Source: a virus
Taxonomy: Duplodnaviria; Caudoviricetes
Direction: 5' to 3' (one strand)
Length of the DNA stretch: 54,722 bases
IMG/VR virus record: IMGVR_UViG_3300049190_000028
Coordinates: 1 to 54,722 of that record
Positions 9,557 through 18,936 of this stretch are shown in pieces (the stretch's first letter is position 1; each line of letters begins with the position of its first letter). The notes beneath the pieces are model-generated. The model was not told the DNA's origin. It saw only the letters and a program-made list of their open reading frames with translations, and ran no database searches. The translations under genes were made by a program, and so were the position numbers.

Positions 9557-11159
9557 CGGTCCTCAGCTCCGTCAGCGTGGGAGCGGCAGCCATGCCGATC
9601 ACGGCGCCGGCCGACTGCAGTTCGAACACCCATTCGGTGGCCGGCGTGCCGCTCTTCATCGTCACTGGCCGCGGGCCGGTCACAACGCGCGTGTCGCGTA
9701 GCGTTCCGTCGCCGTAGGTCTTGACCGTCACCGGCCAGGTTCTGGCGATGACCTCAACGGCTGAGATCGCAACCGGCCGCGGCGCCCTGAAGGTCTTGCT
9801 GACGAACTTCGCCGTCATGAACGACGTGCCAACGTCCCACTTCTTCACGTCCGTGCCGTCGAGGATGTAGACCGCGTCGCGGAGCTTGTCCAGGTAGGCC
9901 GCCTGGAAGCCCTGGTCCATGAAGTAGATGCCCTTGGGGTCGCGGATGTCGATCGCGAAGCCCTTGCGCACGCCGGACACGTCGTAGCTGCCCAGGTACA
10001 GCCCCTCATAGAGCACGCCGACCAGCGTGTCGGGGTTCAAGGCCAGCCACTGCTCGCGGGTCAGGATGCCGTCGGTCAGCAGCCGCGCGCCCAGGTTGCC
10101 GTAGTACGCCAGGCCGTCGGCGGAGGCCCACACCACGCCATGCTCGGCATTGGTCACCGACTGGACCGAGACGCACCCCTTCTCGAACTCCACCGGTTCG
10201 TCACCCATCGAGCCGGGCGTGCTGCCGGTCACCAGGTACGGCCGGCCCGTGGTCAGCAGCAGCAGGTTCTTGCTCCAGACCGCCAGCGCCACCGGCGTGA
10301 CGTCGGCCGGCAGGGTTTCATAGGCCACCGGCCACGCATAAGGCTTGAAAGGCTCGCAGTACCTCACCGCACGGCCCGAGATCCCGGCCAGCATGCCGGA
10401 CCACAGGCCGATCAGACATTTCAGGTCGCTCGGCGGCGGCTCCCAGCCGGTCGTCACCATCGTGCCGGCGCCAACGCTCAGGCCGTTGTCCACCGCCGAG
10501 GTGTTGGTGGCCAGCGTGTCGAGCAGAAAGAAGAACTCTCCCTGCCCGCTCGTGCCGACCTCGCTGCGATAGATCCTGCGCGTGGTGATGCCGTAGTTGC
10601 CGCCCGGCGCCGGCGGCAGTGAGCCCAACGTGATCACCGCGCCTGGCTTGGCCGTGATGGACCCGATCAGCCTCGGCGCGCTCTCTTCGCCGTGGTCGGT
10701 GACGAAGGTGTCGGCGTAGAAGGTCAGCCGGTCGGTGCCTGTCCCTGCCGTCGTCTGCGTGATGGTCGATGTGCCGCTGGGAGCGGGCACGCCGAGCTCG
10801 CGCGCCGCCGTCGGATAGGGCGTGCCGGCCAGGCCCATAACGTTGTCCGTGACCTTGGGCGCGCCTGAGCCGGTGAAGTAGGTCCGCTCGGTGGGATCGC
10901 TGGCCAGGAACCCGCGCACGACATGCACGATGGTCGTCCACGACAGCCAGTAGCTGGCATCGGAGACCACGTCGCGGCCCATGCGGTAGATGGTCTTGCG
11001 GCTGGCCGGGACCGTCGCGACGGTCGTCGGCTGGCGCCACGGGCTCAATTCGCCATTGCGAGGGCGCTGGTTGACCGAGTCCGCCCCGATCGCATCGGCG
11101 AGGAGGCGGGAGTCCAGTGCTTTGACGCAGCCAGCCAGGCCGGCGAGGAGAAATCGCAT
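9543..11159 (-). CDS. Tail nozzle / stabilisation protein (538 aa)
   Basis: Beta-rich podovirus tail protein with EPFKPYAWP and GCVS motifs; precedes the fibre gene. Confidence 0.7.
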   Translation of the reverse strand: MRFLLAGLAGCVKALDSRLLADAIGADSVNQRPRNGELSPWRQPTTVATVPASRKTIYRMGRDVVSDASYWLSWTTIVHVVRGFLASDPTERTYFTGSGAPKVTDNVMGLAGTPYPTAARELGVPAPSGTSTITQTTAGTGTDRLTFYADTFVTDHGEESAPRLIGSITAKPGAVITLGSLPPAPGGNYGITTRRIYRSEVGTSGQGEFFFLLDTLATNTSAVDNGLSVGAGTMVTTGWEPPPSDLKCLIGLWSGMLAGISGRAVRYCEPFKPYAWPVAYETLPADVTPVALAVWSKNLLLLTTGRPYLVTGSTPGSMGDEPVEFEKGCVSVQSVTNAEHGVVWASADGLAYYGNLGARLLTDGILTREQWLALNPDTLVGVLYEGLYLGSYDVSGVRKGFAIDIRDPKGIYFMDQGFQAAYLDKLRDAVYILDGTDVKKWDVGTSFMTAKFVSKTFRAPRPVAISAVEVIARTWPVTVKTYGDGTLRDTRVVTGPRPVTMKSGTPATEWVFELQSAGAVIGMAAAPTLTELRTDGAA

Positions 11160-11165
11160 CCCGTC

Positions 11166-11202
11166 AGCGTCATTCAGGATGGGCGGAAGTCAACCCGTGC
11201 AG
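11166..11202 (-). promoter_or_regulatory. Putative late promoter copy 2 (tail operon; likely leaderless mRNA)
   Basis: CTGCACGGG-TTGACT-N16-GACGCT-N6-ATG; overlaps the recombinase stop codon. Confidence 0.7.
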
Positions 11203-12287
11203 GCGACCTCGACCGTCTTCCATTCCTTCGCGGACAGGCCCCGGTCGTCGAGATAGACCTCGGTCATCTCTTTGTTCTTGTGGCCGAGCAACGACTGCAC
11301 CGTCTGCGCCGGCATGCCCTCGGCCATGTAGGTCCGAGCGCTGAGGCTGCGCACCTCGTGCAGCGAAGGCCATTCGTACTGCTTGTAGGCTTCTTTGCCG
11401 CACACCGCCACGATCAGCTCGTGGAAGCGGGCCGACAAGCTGGACATCTCGATGGGCTTGCCGTTGGCCTGGCGCAGCAGTGTGTCGCCCGGCGCACCGA
11501 TGTCGCGGCAGAGCTCGATGACTTCGCCAAGCGTCATCCCGGTCGCCTCCAGGCGCAGGCTGAGCGGGATGGCCACGCGCGCGCCGATCTTCTTGCGGGC
11601 CTTCTTTTGCTGCTCGATGCGCAGATGCCCATCGACCACGTCGCTGAACCGCATCTTGGCAAGGTCCGCGCGACGCTGGCCGGTGTGCAGCGCGAGCAGC
11701 AGCATCGCCGGCACCCACGGGACGGTGCCAGCGCTGGCCAGCAGCAGCATGTCGTTCCACGTCTCCAGAGTCAGCCGTTTGCGCAGCCCTGGCGCCCTGG
11801 GCGGCTTGACGTGGGCGGCCGGGCTTGTTTCGGCCTCCCCGTTGGCGATGGCCTCGACGTAGACGTCTCGCAGTTCGCCGAGCACCCTCACCGCCTTGTG
11901 CGGGCTGCAGGTCTTCAGCAGCGACGCGATCTCGTGCGGCTTGACGGCACGCAGCGGCCGCGCGCCCAAGCTGGACTCGATGAACTTCACCGATGCGGAG
12001 CGGTTGCGGATCGTCTGCGGGTCATAGCCGCGGTCGCCGAGGATGGTCCGGTAGGTCGCGAGCCATGCGGCCATCGACATGCCGTCCGCCGGCGGCTCCT
12101 GGGGCGCCAGGGCGGCGGCAGGTACCTCGATGGGGACTGCGGCAACGGGCGGCGTTGGCGGCGGCGGAGGCGGCGCGGGCGCCGGCTGCATGGATGGGAA
12201 GACCTGCGCCACTTGGCCGCCTGCCGGCAGCGCTCGAATTGCGTTGGCGATGGACTCGAGAACGTCCGCGAGGTGTCCGCCTGTCAT
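11190..12287 (-). CDS. Second tyrosine recombinase (lambda Int-like catalytic domain)
   Basis: TGQRRADL, HEVRSL and LLGHK...TEVY catalytic motifs. Confidence 0.92.
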   Translation of the reverse strand: MTGGHLADVLESIANAIRALPAGGQVAQVFPSMQPAPAPPPPPPTPPVAAVPIEVPAAALAPQEPPADGMSMAAWLATYRTILGDRGYDPQTIRNRSASVKFIESSLGARPLRAVKPHEIASLLKTCSPHKAVRVLGELRDVYVEAIANGEAETSPAAHVKPPRAPGLRKRLTLETWNDMLLLASAGTVPWVPAMLLLALHTGQRRADLAKMRFSDVVDGHLRIEQQKKARKKIGARVAIPLSLRLEATGMTLGEVIELCRDIGAPGDTLLRQANGKPIEMSSLSARFHELIVAVCGKEAYKQYEWPSLHEVRSLSARTYMAEGMPAQTVQSLLGHKNKEMTEVYLDDRGLSAKEWKTVEVACTG

Positions 12288-12310
12288 GGTGCTAACTGTG
12301 TAGTCATGCG

Positions 12311-12367
12311 GTTATGAGACCACGATAACCAGGCGCTGCGCACCCCCGGTTTGCGTGGTCTAATAAC
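12311..12367. repeat. 20-bp imperfect inverted repeat (17/20) with 17-bp spacer
   Basis: GTTATGAGACCACGATAACC (12311-12330) versus reverse complement of 12348-12367, GTTATTAGACCACGCAAACC. Confidence 0.75.
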
Positions 12368-12370
12368 TCC

Positions 12371-12556
12371 ATGACTGCCGACATCAAGAACAAGGGCGGC
12401 CGGCCTCCGAAGCCGGCATCCGAGGTCCGCGTGCACCGCTCGCAGCGGCTACTGCCGCGCCACTGGGCCAAGATCGACATGGCCGGCAAAGCCGCGTTTG
12501 AGGCGTATCTAGACGCATGGGAGCCGGCGCCGGAAAAGAAAAAGCCCGCCAAGTAG
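12371..12556 (+). CDS. Small basic DNA-binding protein (GGRP / ribbon-helix-helix-like)
   Basis: KNKGGRPPKP motif; divergent from the recombinase; GCCCGCC/GGCGGGC hairpin spans its stop. Confidence 0.6.
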   Translation: MTADIKNKGGRPPKPASEVRVHRSQRLLPRHWAKIDMAGKAAFEAYLDAWEPAPEKKKPAK

Positions 12557-12582
12557 GCGGGCGTGGCTTCGGCGAAAGCCGC

Positions 12583-13506
12583 TCAAGCTGGTGGCTTCAA
12601 TGCAAGCGGCGCTTGCAGCGGCGAACGGTGTTCATGAACCCGGATGATCTCGTGCTCCGCTTTCAAGCCGTTGTCCGAGACGAACTGAACGCGTCGCAGG
12701 TCAACGATGAGGACGTCTCCCTTGCCGAACCGCTCGCCTGCTTCGATCTTCGCCAGAAACGCTTCGTCAGTAATCTCCGCGAAAAATGCCGCGGACCCGT
12801 CGTTGAACCGCCACTTGTTGCCGTCCTTGAACACCGCCGACTCAATCTGGAGCAGCAGGTTTTGGGCGACCGTGTCAGAGACCACCTCCGCGTCACCTGC
12901 CGCGCTCTCAAAGGAAGCGACGTCTTCCTTCGTGACGAGCACCGACGCCACGCCGTCAGCTCCGCTCGAGAAGCTGTCGATACCTTCACGCTCAAGCGGC
13001 TTGATGACCTTTGCAAGCGCCTGTCGAACAACGCGGCTCTGATACAGCCGCCCGGCAACGAGATCGACTTCAAGCGTCTCGACGTGTTCGGACATGTGCA
13101 GTTCGAAGACCGTCTTCTCTCCCTCGAAGCGCACAACGTTCGGCTTGCGGCCTTTCAACCACCGGATCACCTGGATCAGGCCGCCACCCGCGCCGGCGAC
13201 AAGGCCGATGCCGCCGAGGATGCCGAACAGGTTTGCCACGGCCGTCGACTCAGGGCCAGACAGAAGCGAGACCAACTGTTCCTTGACGCTTTGGACAGCG
13301 ATCAGATCTATGCCGAACGACCCGCCTTTGAAATTTCCCTGGACGTTAACGCGAACCGGCGGGGCATCAGCAAACGCTGCCTTGTTCGCCTCTTCCAGCA
13401 GGTCTGACAGCGCGATCAAGGCGGGCGCCAATTCGCGCACGTCCATCTGATGGCTGGTCAGGGCCGGGCCGTCGTACTTGATCGAAAAATGCACCGTGGC
13501 GCTCAT
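12583..13506 (-). CDS. Moron-encoded hypothetical protein (~307 aa)
   Basis: Lower-GC clean ORF (YDGPAL...MDVRELAPAL; KWRFNDG...FGKGDVL) within the tail cluster. Confidence 0.75.
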   Translation of the reverse strand: MSATVHFSIKYDGPALTSHQMDVRELAPALIALSDLLEEANKAAFADAPPVRVNVQGNFKGGSFGIDLIAVQSVKEQLVSLLSGPESTAVANLFGILGGIGLVAGAGGGLIQVIRWLKGRKPNVVRFEGEKTVFELHMSEHVETLEVDLVAGRLYQSRVVRQALAKVIKPLEREGIDSFSSGADGVASVLVTKEDVASFESAAGDAEVVSDTVAQNLLLQIESAVFKDGNKWRFNDGSAAFFAEITDEAFLAKIEAGERFGKGDVLIVDLRRVQFVSDNGLKAEHEIIRVHEHRSPLQAPLALKPPA

Positions 13507-13685
13507 GGCTGCCATTTTATTGATCCCCCCTGTTGCGGCCTGTCAGCAGACATGCCTTTCGCATGGTAGCGCCCGGCGAGGGGGGCCCGCCGGCCATCCC
13601 CACCGGCAGGGGATGGGAATCAGGTCAGCTGGAAACATGTAACATTTCGCCAAGGCCCCTAGAACGTGGGCCAGGGAGAAGAGAC

Positions 13686-13880
13686 ATGTTCACGAACAAG
13701 CAATTCGAGACGCTTGAGGCCTGGGTCAGCGCCGCAGCGCGCGCGGCAGCGGAGCCCACACCAGACAACACGGCTGCCGCCGACAAGCGGCTGACGGAAG
13801 CCCGCAACCTCTTGACGAGGTGCTGCGCTGGCGGTGCGTACTTCGGGCACGCCGACGATTGCCTGCAGCCGCGCATCTGA
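13686..13880 (+). CDS. Small hypothetical protein (64 aa)
   Basis: GGAG upstream of ATG 13686; counter-oriented in the moron. Confidence 0.45.
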   Translation: MFTNKQFETLEAWVSAAARAAAEPTPDNTAAADKRLTEARNLLTRCCAGGAYFGHADDCLQPRI

Positions 13881-13881
13881 G

Positions 13882-15174
13882 TCAGGCGCTGATGACCTGC
13901 GAGATCAGCAGGGCCGCGTTGGCGTAGCCTGCGGCGCCCGGGTGGACAACGTCATTGGCCGGCAAGAAGTAGCCGCTGGCCACCGCCGTGGTGTAGTCGC
14001 ACCAGGCCGACGACACATCGACCACAGGGATGTTGAGCGGCTGAGCAAGCAGCCGCGTCGCCACGGTGATGGCATCCTGCGCCGCCTGCGTGGCGCTGGT
14101 GATCTTGCTCGGCATGCCGGTCTGCAGCAGCACGTCGCCCGACAACTGGGCCTGCGTGATGATGGTCTGCATCTGAGACGTGAACGTCGCCGCTGCGGTG
14201 CCGGCGATCCAATCGTTGATGTTGATGTTCAACAGCGTCAGGTCTGGCGCGAACGTGCCAAGCATCGGCAGCGGGTCCCACACGTTGGTGTTTGCGACGA
14301 AGTCGCTGGCCTTCTTGCCAGGGTAGCCGCCGTTGAAGATGTTCACCGACTTGACCTGAGAGTCATAGGCGCAGAAGCCAGCGATGAAGACGTTGCCGTC
14401 AGCCACCTTGTTGAACTCAAGGACGTGGTTGCTGCCGCGCGTGAAGGTCTTGGTCACCTTCTGCATGCTGATCGCGCCGGCCGCAACGATGTTGGCGCTG
14501 GTGGACTGCCCGCCGTCGATAGACACAGTGAAGGTGCCGTAGCTGGTGTTCTGGAGATACCAGATGTCGACCGTGTCGGTGATGCCGCTGGTCTGAAACT
14601 TGGCAGTCGTGTAGTTGCCAGCGTTGTTGTTGCCGATCAGTGACCCGCCAAAACTCGGGATCGCTCCTACCGTCCAGTTCGTGCCGAGAGATGTCCAGCG
14701 GGGGTCGTAGGCCAGAAAGTCTGAGCTGCCGGCGTTGGAACCCGCGAAGGTGTTCAGATTGATCGGCAGCCCCGTCGCCGTCGCCATCAGGGCGGCCAAC
14801 TGCGTTGGGTAGCTCATCGACCGGGCGCTTGCGACATACCCGTTGCCGGTGGCAAAGGAGCCGGCAGTCGTGCTGTCGCCGAGTGCCATCAGGTTGGCGT
14901 TAGCAGTCCCTGCCCTGACCTTGGCCAGCGCGCGGCGCCACTTGGGGAGCTTCACATTGTTCCCACCCCCTGACACCGGGGATACGGCCTTGCCATCGGG
15001 CCCGACGAGCGCGTTGCTCGCAGGATCGAAGCGAACCGGCACCTGAGGATCCGGCGCAGCGGTCACGGACACGGCCACCCGCGCAGCGACTGCGGCCGCC
15101 TCATCCGCGGCACTGAGCGTGCGCGTCTGGCCTTCCTTGTAGCCGTTCCAGTCGTTCACAAAGCGAATCGTCAT
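13882..15174 (-). CDS. SGNH/GDSL hydrolase, probable virion-associated esterase (tail spike)
   Basis: GDSTTAG block I, NGGYPG, NINDW, DVVHPGAAGY catalytic DxxH. Confidence 0.85.
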   Translation of the reverse strand: MTIRFVNDWNGYKEGQTRTLSAADEAAAVAARVAVSVTAAPDPQVPVRFDPASNALVGPDGKAVSPVSGGGNNVKLPKWRRALAKVRAGTANANLMALGDSTTAGSFATGNGYVASARSMSYPTQLAALMATATGLPINLNTFAGSNAGSSDFLAYDPRWTSLGTNWTVGAIPSFGGSLIGNNNAGNYTTAKFQTSGITDTVDIWYLQNTSYGTFTVSIDGGQSTSANIVAAGAISMQKVTKTFTRGSNHVLEFNKVADGNVFIAGFCAYDSQVKSVNIFNGGYPGKKASDFVANTNVWDPLPMLGTFAPDLTLLNININDWIAGTAAATFTSQMQTIITQAQLSGDVLLQTGMPSKITSATQAAQDAITVATRLLAQPLNIPVVDVSSAWCDYTTAVASGYFLPANDVVHPGAAGYANAALLISQVISA

Positions 15175-15183
15175 CGCTACCCC

Positions 15184-15792
15184 TCAGTAGAACGTTGCTT
15201 GCCGGTGCCTCTTGGCGGCCCGGCCCTTGGTCTTGATCAGCGCGGCGGCGCTGCACGCGCTCAGAAACTTCGCCGTCGCGACCTGCGCGCCGGCCGGGTC
15301 GCTCCAATCGACCTGGGCCATCGCCTTCAGCGTGCCCTCGGCACCGAGCCGCAGCGTTTGCGCGTGGTCCTCGGCCAGCCAGTCGGGCACGGAGTCGCTG
15401 GTCAGAGATGGCTTCAGCGACAGCTGGACCAGGGTCGCGAGCGCCTCGGTCGGTACCGGGTTGACGAAGAGCTGGCCGGCTTCCCACCAGACGAACGTCG
15501 ACTGCGATTCCCGGCTGACCTCGGTCCGCGCCTCTTGCTGGTCGAGGATGTCGACGTCCTTCTGGTCGCCGACGTCCACCTGGGACAGTCGCACCAGGCT
15601 GGACCCCGCGGGCAGGCCCAGCGTGTAGCCGGCCACGCCAACCTGCGTGTTGAAGCTGGCCAGCGTCACCGTCCAGACGTGCGTGCGCGAGCAGAACTCG
15701 CGCGCCGCGTCGCGCAGATGGTCCTCCGCGGTGAAGTGCGGGCAGCCCTTCACCTGTGTCATCAGGCGCGGCAGGAGCTCTTCGAGCGTCAC
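15184..15792 (-). CDS. Head-tail adaptor / tail tubular-like protein
   Basis: LRDAAREFCSRTHVW pattern; position after head genes. Confidence 0.6.
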   Translation of the reverse strand: MTLEELLPRLMTQVKGCPHFTAEDHLRDAAREFCSRTHVWTVTLASFNTQVGVAGYTLGLPAGSSLVRLSQVDVGDQKDVDILDQQEARTEVSRESQSTFVWWEAGQLFVNPVPTEALATLVQLSLKPSLTSDSVPDWLAEDHAQTLRLGAEGTLKAMAQVDWSDPAGAQVATAKFLSACSAAALIKTKGRAAKRHRQATFY

Positions 15793-16580
15793 GACGCCGC
15801 TCCGGCCGGCTCAGGGGCCAGCGGCAGACGCTTGAGGTTCGGGTTCACGCCCGTGATCGCCGTGACACGCGCGTTGATCGAGCCGACGAAGAGGCTGCTG
15901 TACTGGGCGACCTTCGTATCGTCCTGGCTGCCCTCGGCGCTCTTCAGGCAGGCGCGGGCGCAGATGTAGTTCACCAGGTCATCGACGTTCTCGTCGCCGA
16001 TGCTGATCGTCACCATGCTGCCGCCGGAGTAGGCGTAAATCTCGGTGCCTGGCGCCCCGCCCGCAGGGATGCGGTCCGGCTGTGCCGTGAACGCCAGCTG
16101 CACCCACAGCCGACCCGTCGGGATGCCGGGCTCCACCCAGAAGTGCCGCGGCATGCGCGGGTCATAGACGTACTGGCGAACCTTCGTCCCGGTCGTCGTG
16201 TGCCAGTTCGGCCGGTTCAGGTCGAGGATGCGGCGGTCGATCGGGTCTGGGATGGCGTCGCCCGGCGTCGAGCCGTCCGCGCCCTGGTTGCTGATCAGGC
16301 CGAGCAGCTGCACGCCCTGGATCGGTTGCGTCGCCAGCGTGCCACCGCCCACCTTCACGTCAGCCGCGGCCAGCAGCTCGATGCTCTGCTTTGTCCCGGG
16401 CTGGAGACGGACATGGTCAACGCGGCTGCAGGCCGATGGCATGAACTTCGCGATGGCCATCTGGCCGTCGTTCAGCCAGTCGACCATCTCGCGCTCGGTG
16501 TGCAGCGTGAACTGCGCCGAGATGTCCTGCAGCATGGACGACGCCCGCCACAGCACTTCCTTGACCAGCGTCAGGCCCAT
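15789..16580 (-). CDS. Head-tail adaptor protein (DUF6682-like)
   Basis: EMVDWLNDGQ...YVYDPRMPRHFWV...DDLVNY pattern. Confidence 0.65.
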   Translation of the reverse strand: MGLTLVKEVLWRASSMLQDISAQFTLHTEREMVDWLNDGQMAIAKFMPSACSRVDHVRLQPGTKQSIELLAAADVKVGGGTLATQPIQGVQLLGLISNQGADGSTPGDAIPDPIDRRILDLNRPNWHTTTGTKVRQYVYDPRMPRHFWVEPGIPTGRLWVQLAFTAQPDRIPAGGAPGTEIYAYSGGSMVTISIGDENVDDLVNYICARACLKSAEGSQDDTKVAQYSSLFVGSINARVTAITGVNPNLKRLPLAPEPAGAAS

Positions 16581-16584
16581 CGCG

Positions 16585-17040
16585 TCAGGCCCCCTTCAGG
16601 GAGTCGATGACGAACTGGCGGAGCTTGTCGCCCTTCTTGGAGTGGTGCGGCTTGGCCAGGCCTTGCGCCACTGCGAACTCGCGGACCTCATCGTCGGACA
16701 TCGGGCCCAGGTCGTAGACCGTATCGTCGGGCGACGTGACGGTGAACTGCGACCGCTGGGCACTGTCGCCTTCGTCCGGGTTCTGCACGGCCTCGCCGTC
16801 GGCGGTGCCGCCGTCGCTGTCTTTCGGCGCAGCGGCAGGGACCACGGCGGCCTTGGCCGCAGGCGCCACACCATAGGGCGCCATCGCGCTGCCGACGGCC
16901 GCCAGAAGGTCCTCGGCGATCTCGTCGGGCACGTCGCAGACGACGTCACCGGCCGCGTTGGCCTTGAACTGCAGCTTGTGGCCGGCAAAGTCATGCTCCG
17001 GCGCCTCATCGGCGCGGCGGCGAACTTCGTGGATCAGCAT
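16585..17040 (-). CDS. Hypothetical virion morphogenesis protein
   Basis: ORF in late operon, ATG 17040. Confidence 0.55.
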   Translation of the reverse strand: MLIHEVRRRADEAPEHDFAGHKLQFKANAAGDVVCDVPDEIAEDLLAAVGSAMAPYGVAPAAKAAVVPAAAPKDSDGGTADGEAVQNPDEGDSAQRSQFTVTSPDDTVYDLGPMSDDEVREFAVAQGLAKPHHSKKGDKLRQFVIDSLKGA

Positions 17041-17042
17041 GG

Positions 17043-17234
17043 TCAGTCGTCCTCGTAGTGGCGACCGATGGCGATGCGGCACTGCAACTTGAGCTGCGCA
17101 TCGGTCAGGCGGGCGATCTCGCTGCGCGCGATACCCAGCGAGTGGGCATAGGCGCGCAGCGGCTCGCCGCTCATGTGCATGTAGTTGTCGCGGTTGACCG
17201 AGGTCGCCGCGACCACTTCAGCCGCGGCGGTCAT
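17043..17234 (-). CDS. Small hypothetical protein
   Basis: Coupled ORF in late operon. Confidence 0.55.
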   Translation of the reverse strand: MTAAAEVVAATSVNRDNYMHMSGEPLRAYAHSLGIARSEIARLTDAQLKLQCRIAIGRHYEDD

Positions 17235-17692
17235 CAGGCGATGCCGATCGGCGCCGGCGCGCAGAACAGCACGGCGCGGATGATCTGGCCCGCTTGCAGC
17301 GCGGCGCCAGCCACCACGAAGCCCCAGCCCTTGGTGTCATCGGTCTGGGTGTTGGCCGTGTACGCCTTGCCCATGCGCGTGATGGCCGCAGCCGTCACCG
17401 AGTAGGCGGCGATGAACTCGGCGCCGCAGGTGCGCGCGCCATCCGTCGAGCCGTAGGTGCCCGACATCAGGCCGAAGGCCAGCGTGCTGGACGCGGCGCC
17501 GGCCGAGTTGTGGACGGACATGTCCAGCGGCACCATGCCGGCCGGCAGGCCGCCCATTTCGACCACGTCGCCGATGGCGATGCCACCGGTCGGGACCACA
17601 TACTCGGCCAGGATCGGCACGAGGCTGACAGCGTCGATGGCCGCCGGGATCGGAAGACCGGCCGCGACCTGCTTGGATTGCTTGAGAGCCAT
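17234..17692 (-). CDS. Capsid decoration/cement protein
   Basis: Small beta-rich protein directly after the capsid gene; AAGGAG RBS. Confidence 0.65.
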   Translation of the reverse strand: MALKQSKQVAAGLPIPAAIDAVSLVPILAEYVVPTGGIAIGDVVEMGGLPAGMVPLDMSVHNSAGAASSTLAFGLMSGTYGSTDGARTCGAEFIAAYSVTAAAITRMGKAYTANTQTDDTKGWGFVVAGAALQAGQIIRAVLFCAPAPIGIA

Positions 17693-17748
17693 GCTCTGCT
17701 CCTTGAAAAGTCAGGGGACAGAGGCCCGCGCGAGGCGGGCCCCGCGCG

Positions 17749-18879
17749 TCAGACGGCCGCCGTGAAGGCCGAGTCGACCGTGATCAAGCCGTAGTCGAGG
17801 CCGTTGTAGGCCGTCTTGTCGGCGCCGAAGATCATCTCGAAGAAGAGGATCTTGTCGTGGCCGCGGTCGTCCTCGTCCTCGTCCAGCGCCACTTCCAGGC
17901 CGTCAGCCATGCCCTTGGTGCCGTGGGCGATGAAGCCCGCGTTGGCGCCGAGGAACAGCGAGCGGGCCGCCGGGATGTTGCCGCCGGCGCCGTAGTCGTT
18001 GAACTTGACGCCCGTCTCCATCTCGTCCACCAGCACGCCGTTGAACATGCCGGCGCCGCCCTTGAAGATCTCGCTCTCCTTGCCGATCTGGGCGGTCAGG
18101 GCCTTCTGCGCCTCGAACCAGCCTTGGGCGCCGGTGTCGTCGCGGATGTCCTGCATGACCTCGGGGAGCACGGCCAGTGCGAAGAACTTCTTGCCGCCCT
18201 TGGAGATGGGCGTCATCTTCACAGCCTTGTCCGGCTGGCCGCCCAGCATCTTCTTGCTCTTGGTGCGGAGCTTGTTGATGCTGGCCAGGTTCAGCTTGTC
18301 GCCAGCGACCAGCGTCGCCTTGGCCGCGGTGCCGGCCTGGCCCACGTACAGGTGCGCCGTATCGGGCGCGCGCAGCGCGTTCGGGTAACCGGCGTAGGTC
18401 AGGCCGAAGTGCTGGATCTCCTCGGTGTTCGTGCCGCGGGCGCCGGACAGCGCCATGCACAGCACCTCCTCGTACATCTCCTTGATGTAGTCGGTCAGGC
18501 GCTCGCGGCCCTGCTTCTTGAGGTTGAAGCCCACGCGCGACTGCTCGATGCGAGCGCCGACGTTCACGCCGTGGCGGAACTCGTTGATGCGCATCGTGTG
18601 GCTGGCGTGCTGGAGCTTGAACTCGCGGCCGGCCAGCTTCTTGCCCTCGGTGATGGGCTCGCCGCGGAGCTTGGCCACCAGCGCGGTCGTCACCTCGTCG
18701 CCGGGGCCGCCATTGCTGGAGCCCTTCTCGGTGTCGACCTTCTTGATGATCGCGGAGTTGGTGCCTTCCTCGCCGATGTGGCGAGCGAAGTACATCTCCT
18801 TGATGGAGTCCTGGGCGACCGTGGCCGACCAAGCCTTGCGCTTGTTCGGGTCGCTCGGAAGGATCGAAGTGCGTGCCAT
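17749..18879 (-). CDS. Major capsid protein, N4-gp56 family
   Basis: GDEVTTALVAKLRGEP, INEFRHGV, IFKGGAGMFNGV, DYGLITVDSA; AGGAGG RBS. Confidence 0.92.
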   Translation of the reverse strand: MARTSILPSDPNKRKAWSATVAQDSIKEMYFARHIGEEGTNSAIIKKVDTEKGSSNGGPGDEVTTALVAKLRGEPITEGKKLAGREFKLQHASHTMRINEFRHGVNVGARIEQSRVGFNLKKQGRERLTDYIKEMYEEVLCMALSGARGTNTEEIQHFGLTYAGYPNALRAPDTAHLYVGQAGTAAKATLVAGDKLNLASINKLRTKSKKMLGGQPDKAVKMTPISKGGKKFFALAVLPEVMQDIRDDTGAQGWFEAQKALTAQIGKESEIFKGGAGMFNGVLVDEMETGVKFNDYGAGGNIPAARSLFLGANAGFIAHGTKGMADGLEVALDEDEDDRGHDKILFFEMIFGADKTAYNGLDYGLITVDSAFTAAV

Positions 18880-18904
18880 GAAACCTCCTGTTGGTGAGGC
18901 ACAT

Positions 18905-18922
18905 GGCGCACTCATGCGCGCC
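18905..18922 (-). promoter_or_regulatory. Hairpin GGCGCGC-AUGA-GUGCGCC in capsid mRNA leader
   Basis: 7-bp stem; 13-nt core identical to 25740-25752. Confidence 0.55.
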
Positions 18923-18936
18923 TGGGAATGACCGGG

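Noticed and set aside
6464-12287. Tail-fibre shufflon or diversity-generating retroelement
   Set aside because: No alternative fibre cassettes, repeated crossover sites, reverse transcriptase or TR/VR pair seen
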